From positions 26,846,001-26,910,000 of the forward strand of contig OX597830.1 of assembly GCA_951406725.2 (NCBI GenBank): a stretch of 64,000 nt of DNA, read 5' to 3'. The stretch's first letter is position 1. Each line of letters starts with the position of its first letter. Below the pieces are notes generated by a model. The model was given only the letters and a program-made list of their open reading frames with translations. It was not told where the DNA came from and ran no database searches. This DNA comes from Octopus vulgaris. Taxonomy: Eukaryota. Positions 27,792 through 39,415 of the stretch are shown here, in pieces. The position numbers and the translations under genes were made by a program.

Positions 27792-29039
27792 AAGAAGAAG
27801 AAGAAGAAGAAGAAGAAGAAGAAGAAGAAGACAGCAGCATCAGGAGCAACAACAACAGCCCCAGTAACAACAACAACATCACCACTACCAACAATAACAA
27901 GAGAAACAACAACAACATCGTCACCGCCGCCATCACCACCGCCGCAACCACCACCACCACCACCACCACCACCACCACCACCACCACCACCACCACCAAT
28001 GACAACAACAACAACAACAGTTCCAGCAACAGCAATAACAACAGCGTCAACCATAACCAGCAGCAACGACAGCCGTTCAAGAATTTGAACCTGGAGATCT
28101 CCATTTCCAGCGACTTCGAGGGCCACCTCCCAGTGGTGTCGGGCTCAACGAAGAGCCCTCGACTACAACAAGACGACCAAAGTGTTTTTTTCCCAAGGTC
28201 TGGGGTCTCCCGCTCCAAAGCCCTAGACCATCACCTAATCACCCTGACCCGTCTTGTTGCTTTACAACAACAACAACAACAACAACGACAACCGCAACAT
28301 TGATGGTGTCATTGTCAACAGTCTAAGAAAATCTGGAAACGGCCAATGGTCATGCTCTTTCCTCCAGACACCCGTCGCTCTCCAAAAACTGACAGCAGCA
28401 ACACCACCAACAGCATCACCAGTAATAACAATAGCAGTAAGAAAAAGAAAAAAACAGCAATGGCGGCAACGGCAAGAATTAAACTCATGTTGATAAATGA
28501 CTAGCTTTCTAAGTTGTTGCTGTTATTTAGCTGAAAGGCGGCTCTGGTTGAACAGACCTTCAAATCAAGTATGCTCTAACCGTGACCTCCCTTCCCTTCC
28601 CTTCCATCCCATCTTTTGTTCAGACGGTATGATTTTAGACTATATTATCAAATGTTTCCTTCTTGAAAACGGTAGTGATTTGTGCGATATTTGGAGGTCA
28701 TTTCTTGGTGATCAATAAACCACGCCGAGTTTTTCTACGTTAATTATGATTTTCAACGCCACTGACTGTTCCCCAATGTATAAAATTATTCTTGAAATAA
28801 AAGAAGACACAGAAATCGTTAAATTTAACCCGAATACCCTGTATCCGACAGTCTTCTTTCAGTTTCCGTTTACCAAATCCACTCACAAGGCCTTGATTGG
28901 CCCGGGAGCAGGAGGGACTATAGTAGAAGACAGTTGTCCAAGGTGCTGGACAGTGGACATAAACCTAAGACTATATTATTGGGAAGCAAGCCTTTTGACT
29001 ACACAATCACGCCTGCAACTAAATAAGAAATATCACTCT

Positions 29040-29452
29040 CTTTTACTCTTTTACTCTATTACTTGTTTCAGTCATTTGACTGCGGCCATGCTGGAGCACC
29101 GCCTTTAATCGAGCAAATCGACCCCGGGACTTATTCTTTTGTAAGCCCAGTACTTATTCTATCGGTCCCTTTTGCCGAACCGCTAAGTAACGGGGACATA
29201 AACACACCAGCATCGGTTGTCAAGCAATGCTAGGGGGACAAACACAGACACACAAACACACACACGCATATATATATATACATATATACGACGGGCTTCT
29301 TTCAGTTTCCGTCTACCAAATCCACTCACAAGGCATTGGTCGGCCCGAGGCTATAGTAGAAGACACTTGCCCAAGGTGCCACGCAGTGGGACTGAACCCA
29401 GAACCATGTGGTTGGTAAACAAGCTACTTACCACACAGCCACTGCTGCGCCT
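29040..29452 (-). mobile_element. CORE-type SINE family A (a partial copy lies at 28850-29020)
   Basis: Reverse complement of 25214-25650. Confidence 0.9.
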
Positions 29453-29722
29453 ATATTTCTTTTTTTTTATAAATTCTAAAATATTCTACGAAATATATAT
29501 TGCTAGCATGCGTTCAGAGTAGGTAGGAGTCCGACTAAAGCTGTGATTAACTTCGGTTTTGATTAGCCCATTCAGTTTACGATACGAATTTTTTTTCCTT
29601 CTCTGAACCAAGGAAAAAAAAGCCCAGAAAAACAAAAATCAACAAAAATGTTATGAATCAATAGAGAAATGGCCGTGACCTATTTCCCTTTCAGACCGAG
29701 CCAAATAATAGAATTTTCTTTT

Positions 29723-29863
29723 TCATTTGTCTTTCATATCTCACGTTTATTTTTCTCTTCAAATTTACGCACAGCTAATAATTCATGTGTGTGTATGTGT
29801 GAATGTGCGTGTGCTCGCGTGCATATATCTTTGTGTGTGTGTGTGTAAATATATATATGCATA

Positions 29864-29930
<67 letters not shown>

Positions 29931-30341
29931 GAGACTAGTCCCTTTTAGAGAGATTTAGAAATATTAATATTTCGAAAGCCATTTTGGATGTATTCCACTG
30001 AATATAAATAAATAAACCTTCGAACAGACGGTCAGCAGCGACGCCCGCTGGGTTCGGCTACTCCACATTGATAAGGGGCAAATACCCCGAAACTAGTCTG
30101 TGGTTGTTGAACCAGCAAGGGGAAGCTGCTGACCTTCCTTGTTCGAAGGTTATAATGAACACGGTTTGTGTGTCACAGTTTGTGTGTCACGGTTTGTGTG
30201 TCATTTGTCTTTCATATCTCACGTTTATTTTTCTCTTCAAATTTACGCACAGCTAATAATTCATGTGTGTGTATGTGTGAATGTGCGTGTGCTCGCGTGC
30301 ATATATCTTTGTGTGTGTGTGTGTAAATATATATATGCATA

Positions 30342-30392
<51 letters not shown>
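29723..30392 (+). mobile_element. Partial-tandem HHR element (retrozyme/pLTR-like), ~478-bp period
   Basis: A ~150-bp block plus (TA)n is repeated at 29723 and 30201, flanking a hairpin that carries an HHR. Confidence 0.65.
30063..30103 (+). ncRNA. Minimal type I hammerhead ribozyme, U3-A8 core variant
   Basis: CCACA-TTGATAA-GGGG caaata CCCC-GAAA-CTAG-TC-TGTGG: perfect stems I and II, palindromic stem III, GUC site. Confidence 0.85.
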
Positions 30393-30396
<4 letters not shown>

Positions 30397-30542
30397 AGGG
30401 CGATGGCCTCTTGGAGCTAATCAACGGCAGCATTCGTCCTATTTTCCATGTTAGCTTGGCGATAACTATATATATATATATAAGTATGTATGTATGTGTG
30501 TATGTATGTATGTTTGTATGTATGTATGTATGTATATATATG

Positions 30543-30634
<92 letters not shown>

Positions 30635-31051
30635 TATTTGTAAAAAATGAAGTTCGAAAATGCTGCTGTATTATACAATTTTAAATTTTTATATATACAT
30701 TATAACATGTTTCAGTTCCTGAAATGAACCTAATCAAAAAAAGTTATATATAAAAAGAGACAGCTTATGCCGTCAAACACAAGAAATTCATTTATAATAC
30801 ACAACGGAGTCAGACATCTTAGAGTTCATGTATAGTTGATATATAGTTCATGTATAGTTGATATATAGTTTGAAGTATATGTTCAAAGTGTTCGGTGCAG
30901 TGGCCCACGGTGGCGATACGTATTCAATACAAAAAACAGATCAAAGTGGTGGAAAGCGGTCAATACAGAAGATTGATGTTTCCGAAAGAGCGAGGAATTC
31001 ATTTTTACCTTAAGCAATTGTGATGACCCATGGTGGAAGTTCGCTGGGTGG

Positions 31052-31563
<512 letters not shown>

Positions 31564-31581
31564 ATATATATATATATGCAT

Positions 31582-32330
31582 AGTTAATCTAAACAAGAAA
31601 ACACAAAAAAACACAACAACGCGAGGACGTGGAATAAATATAGTATTATTGGACGCTCAGGAAAGAAGGGAAGAAGGAGGGTTTAACGTTTCGATCGGAG
31701 CTCTTCGTCGGAAACATAGGAGAAGGAAAGATCCCGAGAAGGGAAGACAGAGGAAAAAAATCGCCAACGGTACACACGAGGTCACATTTTGAAAGACCGG
31801 AAGTAGAAAGGGTGAAGATGGTTGTTTTCAAAGACAGTATGGTAGTATGTCAAAGACAAGGAATGTGGGAGGGGGAATGTGTGTGGATGTGTGCGTGCGA
31901 AGAGGTCTGCGTGTGCGCGTGTGTGTGTATGTGTGCAATGATGACACGTGTGTGTGTGTGTGTGCGTGTGTGTGTGTATGTGTGTATGGTTGTGGCTGCA
32001 AACAACAGGCTAGTCGCTGGCCAGTTTGTAAGAATAAGGAGTGGTGTTTCTTTGTGTCCCAGCCACAGATCAGAACAAAGAAGTATGTGTGTGTGTGTGT
32101 GCGTGTATGTATATGTATCGTGTGTGTGTTTTGTTTGTAGTGTGTGTGTGTGTATGTGTGTGTTCGTGTGTGTATGCGTAGAGTTTGGGTGTGTGGCGAG
32201 TAACTGTGCTTAACTTAGTGTATGTGTGCGTGTGTGCTTGTACGTGTGTGTGTATATATATGTATGTATAATTGTGTGCGTGTATGTATAATTGTGTGCC
32301 GTGTGTATGGGATGTATGTGTGGGTTCATT

Positions 32331-32361
<31 letters not shown>

Positions 32362-32926
32362 ATGCATGTATATGCATGTAGTTGTGTGTGCGTGTATGTG
32401 CGCGTTTGTATGTGTGTGTGTGTAAGCGTATATGGATGTATATGCGTATATCCGTGGGGTTGTGAGTTTTGTGCGCATGTTTTTGTGTGTGTATGTGTGT
32501 ATGTGTGTCTGTGCCTATATGTGTGTACGTATGTGTATGTGTGCGTGCATGTGTAGGTATATATTGTGTGTATGTATATGTATGTGTATGTGAATTTGTG
32601 TGTTTGTACGTGTTTATGTGTGTGTGAGTGCGCGCGTGTGTGTACGTGCGTGCGACTGAATGTATGTATACAAGTGTATGTGTGTGTATGTATGTATGTA
32701 TGTATATATGTGTGTATGCATGTCTGTGTGTGTATGTGTATATGTGTGTGTGTATGTATGTGTGTATGTATGTATGTATGTATGTATGTATGTATGTATG
32801 TATGTATGTGTGTGTGTATGTATATATATGTATGTGTGTATGTGTGTATGTGTGTGTGTGCATGTGTGTATGTATGTATGTGTGTATGTATGTGTATGTG
32901 TGTATGTGTATGTGTGTATGTGTGTA

Positions 32927-32957
<31 letters not shown>

Positions 32958-33229
32958 ATGTATGAATGTATGTATGTGTGTATGTATGTGTGTGTGTGTG
33001 TCTCTGCTAGGTGTTTATAAGTGTGTGCGTATCTGTATGAGTATTGTTTGTTGGTGTGCATGGGAATGTGTGTGTGCGCGTGGGTGTGTGTGGGTGTGTG
33101 TATAGGTGTGGAAGTACGTGTGCGTACATGTGCATGTATGTTGTATGTGTGTGGTGTGTTGGAAGTATGTGTGTTCGTGGATACGTGAGTATGTGTGTGT
33201 ATGTGTTTCTGTATAAGGACAAAATATAA

Positions 33230-33307
<78 letters not shown>

Positions 33308-33590
33308 GTAAAAAAATAAAAAAAGTTGCTAGTGGGGAGAGGTGGAGCGCAGTCACTAAGAGGAGGGGGCTGTGTTGAGTCCGTGTGGGATATTGGTCTG
33401 TAGAGTGAAAATGAATCGTTTCTCCAAGTGAAGCCTGGATTGTGGAGGACCGTTGTGTGGGGCGAGACAAAACACAGAGATGTCATCGGGGGAATGGCTG
33501 GCCGAGCGGAAGTGACGTGCGACGGGAGGGGTACAGGACGTTACCAACTTTGCAAACAGCATGAAATACGTAAACAGCGAGATATATGAG
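31582..33590 (-). mobile_element. HHR-bearing non-autonomous PLE-like element (longest copy; right boundary uncertain)
   Basis: The terminal ~210 bp is shared with 35717, 46880 and 53297; it abuts (TA)n and the interior is TG/TA low complexity. Confidence 0.55.
31681..31716 (-). ncRNA. Minimal type I HHR (CCGACGA core)
   Basis: GTTT-CCGACGA-A-GAGCTCCGATC-GAAA-CG-TT-AAAC. Confidence 0.65.
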
Positions 33591-33613
33591 TGCATATATA
33601 TATATGTATATAT

Positions 33614-33665
<52 letters not shown>

Positions 33666-33964
33666 AGACAGACAAACAGACAGATAGATAGATAGGTAGA
33701 TGAACCATCGTTCGAATAGATTCCAGCCGTATCAACGTTATTGAAAGTATTTCTTTGTACTCGAAACAGTGCAAGCTTTCTCTTAAGCTTCGTAAGTACG
33801 GTATGCACTCAATGGACAAATTACATCTCCATTGTCATTCTAAGTACTTTCACTTAACAGGACTAAATATATTCTGTGTAGATGAGTTCTCCCTCCACAT
33901 CGCTGCATGCACTCAGATTCTTTCTTTTGTTTAAATAATAAAAAAGAATAATAAATGCGCTCTT

Positions 33965-34205
33965 TTTTAAAGCCAAGCCAGGCTCATGGGCCCGGTTTCC
34001 CGGTTTCTATGGCGTATGTGTTCCCCAGCTGGACGGAACGCCAGTCCATCGCAGCGTTACTCATTTTTGCCAGCTGAGTGGACTGGAGCAACGTGAAATG
34101 AAGTGTTTTGCTCAAGAACACAACGCGTCGCCCGGTCCAGGAATCGAAACTACAATCTTGCGATCATGATGCTGACACCCTAACCACTAAGCCACGCGCC
34201 TCCAC
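33965..34205 (-). mobile_element. SINE family D (V-domain-like central region)
   Basis: GGAGGCGCGTGGCTTAGTGG A-box, GTTTCGATTCC B-box, CTGCGATGGACTGGCGTTCCGTCCAG; homologue at 62225-62472. Confidence 0.8.
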
Positions 34206-34412
34206 TTTCCTTTGTTTATTGTTAATAAAATTATTATAATGTATATTGACATTTGTTAACATTTTACTTTGGCTTATATTTAAAAAAAAAATAACTGAAC
34301 CCATCTGATTCGCGAGATCGAGTTTATGCTTCAAGTCAGCCAGAAAAATACAAACGAGTTGTCACTCTTGGTGTGAAGCCGCAGTAAGTCTGAATGCTGT
34401 ATCGACATATCT

Positions 34413-35660
34413 ACGAGGGGTGTTCATGAAAGATTTCCTCTGATCCACTTTCCAAGGACTGGGATTAACGAACCTTGGCATAACTATTAGTCCTTCTCTA
34501 CATATCCACCACCAATGGTCACACACTTCTATCGCTTTAGGCAGCTGTGAAGACCTCGTCATTAGAAGTCGAAAGAAGGCATCTGGAGCCAAAACTTTAC
34601 CTCGGAAATAAATTCTTCATCATCCGAAAAATGCTTTCCCTTAAAAAAAAAAGAGACTTCACGGTTGGAAAGAGGTGGCAGTCAGATGATACGAGGTCGG
34701 GAGAGTAAGGGGGATGAGGAAGGATTTCATAGCCTCAGGAGTGTGCTTTCATCTGGGCAACATGCGCACTGTGAACTGGGGCATTGTCTTGGAGAAGGCA
34801 GACTCCTTTGGTCAACATGCCATGCCTCTTTTCTTCGATAATATGCCTCGTTAATTGTGGTGCTCTTTGTCAGAAAATCCGTCATCACTACTCTGCGCTG
34901 GTCTCAAGAGACTGTGAGCATCACCTTGTCTGCTGAGGGTTGGACACGAGCCTTCTTTGGAGGTGGTGAGTTATGATGCTTCCATTGCTTCGACTGGGTT
35001 TTAGTCTCAGGATCATAGTGATGGACCCATGTTTCATATTGTGTGATAAGTCTGCCGAAAATTCCCTCCTCGTTTTCTAGGCACATTGCCAAAAGAGCCT
35101 GGGAGCAATTGACTCGTTCCAGTTTCTGAAAAGGTGTGAGCATCTGGGGAATCCATCGTACAGACAACTTCCGCTTATGCAAATAGTCATGAAGGATTTT
35201 TTCCACCGACCCTACACTTATCTTCACTTCTTAGCTTAGTTGCCGAATAGTAATGTGGCATTCCTCCAAAATGGCAGCTTCCACTTTATGGATGGTGTCG
35301 TCATCAATGGCGCAATGTGGTCGTCCAGGAATAGGAGCAGTTTCCACCGATGTCCGCCCACATTTGAACTGGCGATGCCAGTGCTTGATTACATCGTATG
35401 ATGGGACATCGTCACCATAAACTTTTTTCATCCTAAGTCTCTTTTGGTGTACGACCTTTCAAATATAAGGACCTGATCACTGATCTGTATTCAATTGCCT
35501 CCATTATAACACCTTCGTCCACTTCAGCAGCCGTAGAAGACAAATGAATACCAGTAGAAAGCTACAATTTACAATGACATGTAGAGACATGTATTATTAT
35601 ACCTGTACAAGTTCCGTTTCCTGCAATAACCGGAAGTGGGTCAGGGGAAATCTTTAATTT
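34413..35660 (-). mobile_element. Mariner DNA transposon with inactivated transposase
   Basis: TIR remnants AAAGATTTCC(T/C)CTGA(T/C)CCACTT at ~34429 and ~35632. Fragments VYGDD..VIKHWHRQFKCGR, WIPQML, ETWVHHYDPE, LLQDNAP and PYSPDL, with stops and frameshifts. Confidence 0.9.
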
Positions 35661-35716
35661 GTGTAATGAGAGATGGAAGATGAAAGATACGAGAATTTTT
35701 ATTAATATATATATAT

Positions 35717-35923
35717 AAAGTTAATCCAAACAAGAAAGCACACAAAAAAACACAACAACGCGAGGACGTGGAACAAATATAGTATTATTGGACGCTCAGG
35801 AAAGAAGGAAAGAAGGAGGGTTTAACGTTTCGAGCGGAGCTCTTCGTCGGAAACATAGGAGAAGGAAAGATCCAGAGAAGGGAAGACAGAGGAAAAAAAA
35901 ATCGCCAACGGTACACACGAGGT
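35717..35923 (-). mobile_element. HHR-bearing element, truncated copy (HHR 35820-35855)
   Basis: GTTT-CCGACGA-A-GAGC tcc GCTC-GAAA-CG-TT-AAAC; abuts (TA)n. Confidence 0.75.
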
Positions 35924-35994
35924 CGAAGATATAAACCTTGGAGGGATAAAGATATCCAAAATTAGACTGGTTGAATACCTTTCCAATATAGGCA

Positions 35995-36585
35995 CATACA
36001 TATATATTATTAATATTATAAAAATCAAGAAAGAAGGTCGAGATAAGATTAATAAAGGCTTATTAATGCATTGAGACCAGACCAGACCAGACCAAGACCA
36101 GACTTATAGTTGTTTCAGTTCATCACTTGCAGCATAAAATCAACCAAATTTAATTTAACTAAATCAATTTAGTTAATTACTACAAACGAGAATGTCTTCA
36201 GGGAAGGACGTACAAAGAAATTTATCTTATTTAAAACATAACGAACAGGAAGAATACAGTGTACCATTAAAGTTAAAAATAGATACAGTTATAAAAAAAA
36301 AACCTTTATTTTTATATATGTATATTTTTAACTTTAGTGGTAAACTGTAGTTTTACTGTTTAATGTTTTCATTGCTTTAAATATGATAAATTTCTTTGTA
36401 CGTCCATCACTGAAGATATTCTTGCTTGTAGTAATCAACTAAATTGATTTAATTAAATGAAATTAAATTTGGTTGATTTTTATGCTACAAGTAATGAATT
36501 AAAACAATTGTCGGTCTGATCTTGTCAATGTATTAATAAACTTTTATGAATCTTGTCTCCATCTTCTCTCTTGGTTTTTATAATA

Positions 36586-36595
<10 letters not shown>
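35995..36595. repeat. Fold-back element with a degenerate HHR in each arm
   Basis: Arms ~36000-36290 and ~36320-36592 are inverted. Each has CTGAAGA, a long hairpin, then (G/A)AAA-CAA(T/C)T(G/A)-T; flanked by (TA)n. Confidence 0.7.
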
Positions 36596-36629
<34 letters not shown>

Positions 36630-36836
36630 ACGTATGTATGTACGTATGTATGTACGTATGTATATGTACGTATGTATGTACGTATGTATGTACGTATGTA
36701 TATGTATGTATGTATATTTACACATACACCGACAATCACATGTACACATATACGCGTGCGTACACACATGTATTAATTATTAGCGACGGAAGCTGTATTA
36801 ATACCAAAATGTAGACTCTATATTCAATTTATATGC

Positions 36837-36941
<105 letters not shown>

Positions 36942-37489
36942 TTATACATATATATATATGTATGTGTGTATGTATCTATGTATGTATGTGTCTATGTATA
37001 TCTCAATGTGTGTACTTGTGTTTGCTTTTGTTCTCCACCATCGTTTAAACAACCGGTGCTGGCTTGTCTATATCCCCGTCACTATTCGCTTCGGCAAAGG
37101 TAACAGATAGTAAGTACGAGGCTTAAAATAAGGCACCGGGGTCGACTCGTTCGACTAAAACCCTTCAAGACTGTGCTCCTGCATGGGCGCACTCATATGA
37201 CTGAAACAAGTAAGAGATAAAAGAACACACACACACATGTATAAGAGCGTTGTAGTTTGCTTGAAGTATTGTACTACAGAAGTAAAAAAAGAAGAAAAGG
37301 AAAGAAAGAAAGCTTCAAACAATGCAGAAAGTTTTATAAAAAAAGATCCTTTCTATTTTGGGCGCAAAACCTAACTTCAGAAGAAAGCATTCCAAGAAGT
37401 GTGTATTTACACTGATTTCATTATTTTATTTTAATTTTATTTTTTTTTCTTTTCCTAAACCCACTCTTTCACATATATGTATGTGTGTG

Positions 37490-37570
<81 letters not shown>

Positions 37571-37694
37571 TATATTGAGAGTACTACTATTCATAGATAC
37601 CGCACGCTAAGAGGGACCAATGCGGTCAAAACTACTTACGTTTTTCACGCTAACTACTGATAATTTCTTATAAAGATTTTATCCTCAATTGTAA

Positions 37695-37785
<91 letters not shown>

Positions 37786-37985
37786 GTATGTATGTATGTG
37801 TATGTATGTATGTATGTATGTATGTATGTATGTATGTATGTATGTACTGAAAAGGTTGCAAGACGCAACGAAAATTTTAGAAAAAGAATCAGTAAATGAG
37901 TGGAAATTTTTCCGGTGAGTGTGTTAAATTATAAGATACTAAAAGAGAATGACTCTCTCCAGACACAACAGAATATGTATACATA

Positions 37986-38060
<75 letters not shown>

Positions 38061-38061
38061 C

Positions 38062-38362
38062 ACCGTGCCCGATCAGGCTCTCAGATGTTGCTACACATCG
38101 CTGGTCACAATGCGCTTCGCATTGGTTTAGCCTTCAGACGACGCCGCCCCGCTGGCTAAGCGAGCAGGCCAACAGAAGAAAGAGTGAGAGAAAGTTGTGG
38201 CGAAAGAGTACAGCAGGGACAGCCACAACCCCCTGCCGGAGCCTCGTGGAGCTTTAGGTGTTTTCGCTCAATAAATACTCACAACACCTGATCTGGGAAA
38301 CGAAACAGCGATCCTACAACCGCGAGTCCGCTGCCCTAACCACTGGGCCATTGCGCCCCCAC
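38062..38362 (-). mobile_element. SINE family C head with a fourth tail type
   Basis: GCGCAATGGCCCAGTGGTTAGGGCAGCGGACTCGCGG head on the minus strand; tail ends CTGATCGGGCACGGTGAT. Confidence 0.8.
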
Positions 38363-38439
38363 CTCTCGTAACGGCAGACGAAATACGGCTATGCATTTCG
38401 CCCGGCGTGCTAACGGTTCTGCCCGCTCGCCTATATATA

Positions 38440-38675
38440 TATATATATCTGTAAATGTAAAATGTGACAATTATTCGCTAGCCAAGATAAAACTCCGATT
38501 TTCGGATGCCGAGGTGGAAATCCACGCCACCATCTCTTAAGTTATCCGGCCATCCGAAACTCGGAGTTTTATCTTGGCTACCGAATAATTGTCACATATT
38601 ACATTTACAGATAAATTCCTCTATTTACATAATATCGAGGTCCCTTTCTTTCTTTTGTTATCTTACCGTTTTTAT

Positions 38676-38680
<5 letters not shown>
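38440..38680. repeat. Fold-back plus unique tail between (TA)n tracts
   Basis: TATCTGTAAATGTAA...TTTCGGATG is inverted at 38550-38612. Confidence 0.8.
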
Positions 38681-38747
<67 letters not shown>

Positions 38748-38876
38748 TAAAAAGAATTCCAACCTTGTCTGATTTTCACGTTTTATTTACAATCTTATAA
38801 TGATATATTATAAGATAATATATTATAATTGAATAAAATAAAATGAAATAGTAGAATGTTAAATATTCATTCTGAT

Positions 38877-38921
38877 TGAACTAGTACTTTCATGCATTGA
38901 ATTCTGCAATCTTCGGGTTCA
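38877..38921 (-). ncRNA. Minimal type I HHR in the PLE 3' region (CCGAAGA core)
   Basis: TGAAC-CCGAAGA-TTGCA gaattcaa TGCAT-GAAA-GTAC-TA-GTTCA; stem I TGAAC/GTTCA, palindromic AGTACT. Confidence 0.75.
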
Positions 38922-38957
38922 TGTAGTAGTGTTGACAGTCATGCTTCACAATTTTTG

Positions 38958-39098
38958 ACTGTAGCAAGATGAGTGATTCTGTGCTATAAATACAGCTGGG
39001 TAGGCTCCAGAGTGCTAGGTTTTGCAAACCGTATTCTGACCAATCAGTGTGTAGTATCACTCAATTACTTAAGCTGATTGGTTGGTTGAGCTGATTGG
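38958..39098 (-). promoter_or_regulatory. Putative pLTR promoter (3 CCAAT boxes, TATA-like box, Inr-like CAGT)
   Basis: CCAAT/ATTGG at 39040, 39077 and 39094; TATAAATA at 38985-38992; CAGT ~31 nt downstream on the minus strand, just before the HHR. Confidence 0.4.
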
Positions 39099-39415
39099 TT
39101 TAGGCATCACGCTTTGTTGGACAGGTCAAGAGTCCTGTATCTTGACCCTGGCCGAAGCAGCAATTGTTGGGTTATTTTTAGAAATGTTGTAAATATCCTT
39201 TGTCAGAGATTTTTATATTTTTATATTTCAATTGTCATCATCATCATTGTCAGCACCTTAATTATTGTTGCTAGTGGTGATGGTGGTGGCAATAAAACTT
39301 TTAACCCTAAATAAGATAATTTTCCTGCTATCTTCGTCTTGATCACCTTTAGTATTGTTGTTGTTGTTAGTGGTCATGGTCGTAGCAGTGGAAGTAATAC
39401 CTCTAAGTATTATTA

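Noticed and set aside
30702-30748. Minus-strand TTGATTA-GGTTC..GAACT-GAAA-CATG-TT
   Set aside because: Positions 3 and 8 cannot pair and stem I is weak; counted only as degenerate.
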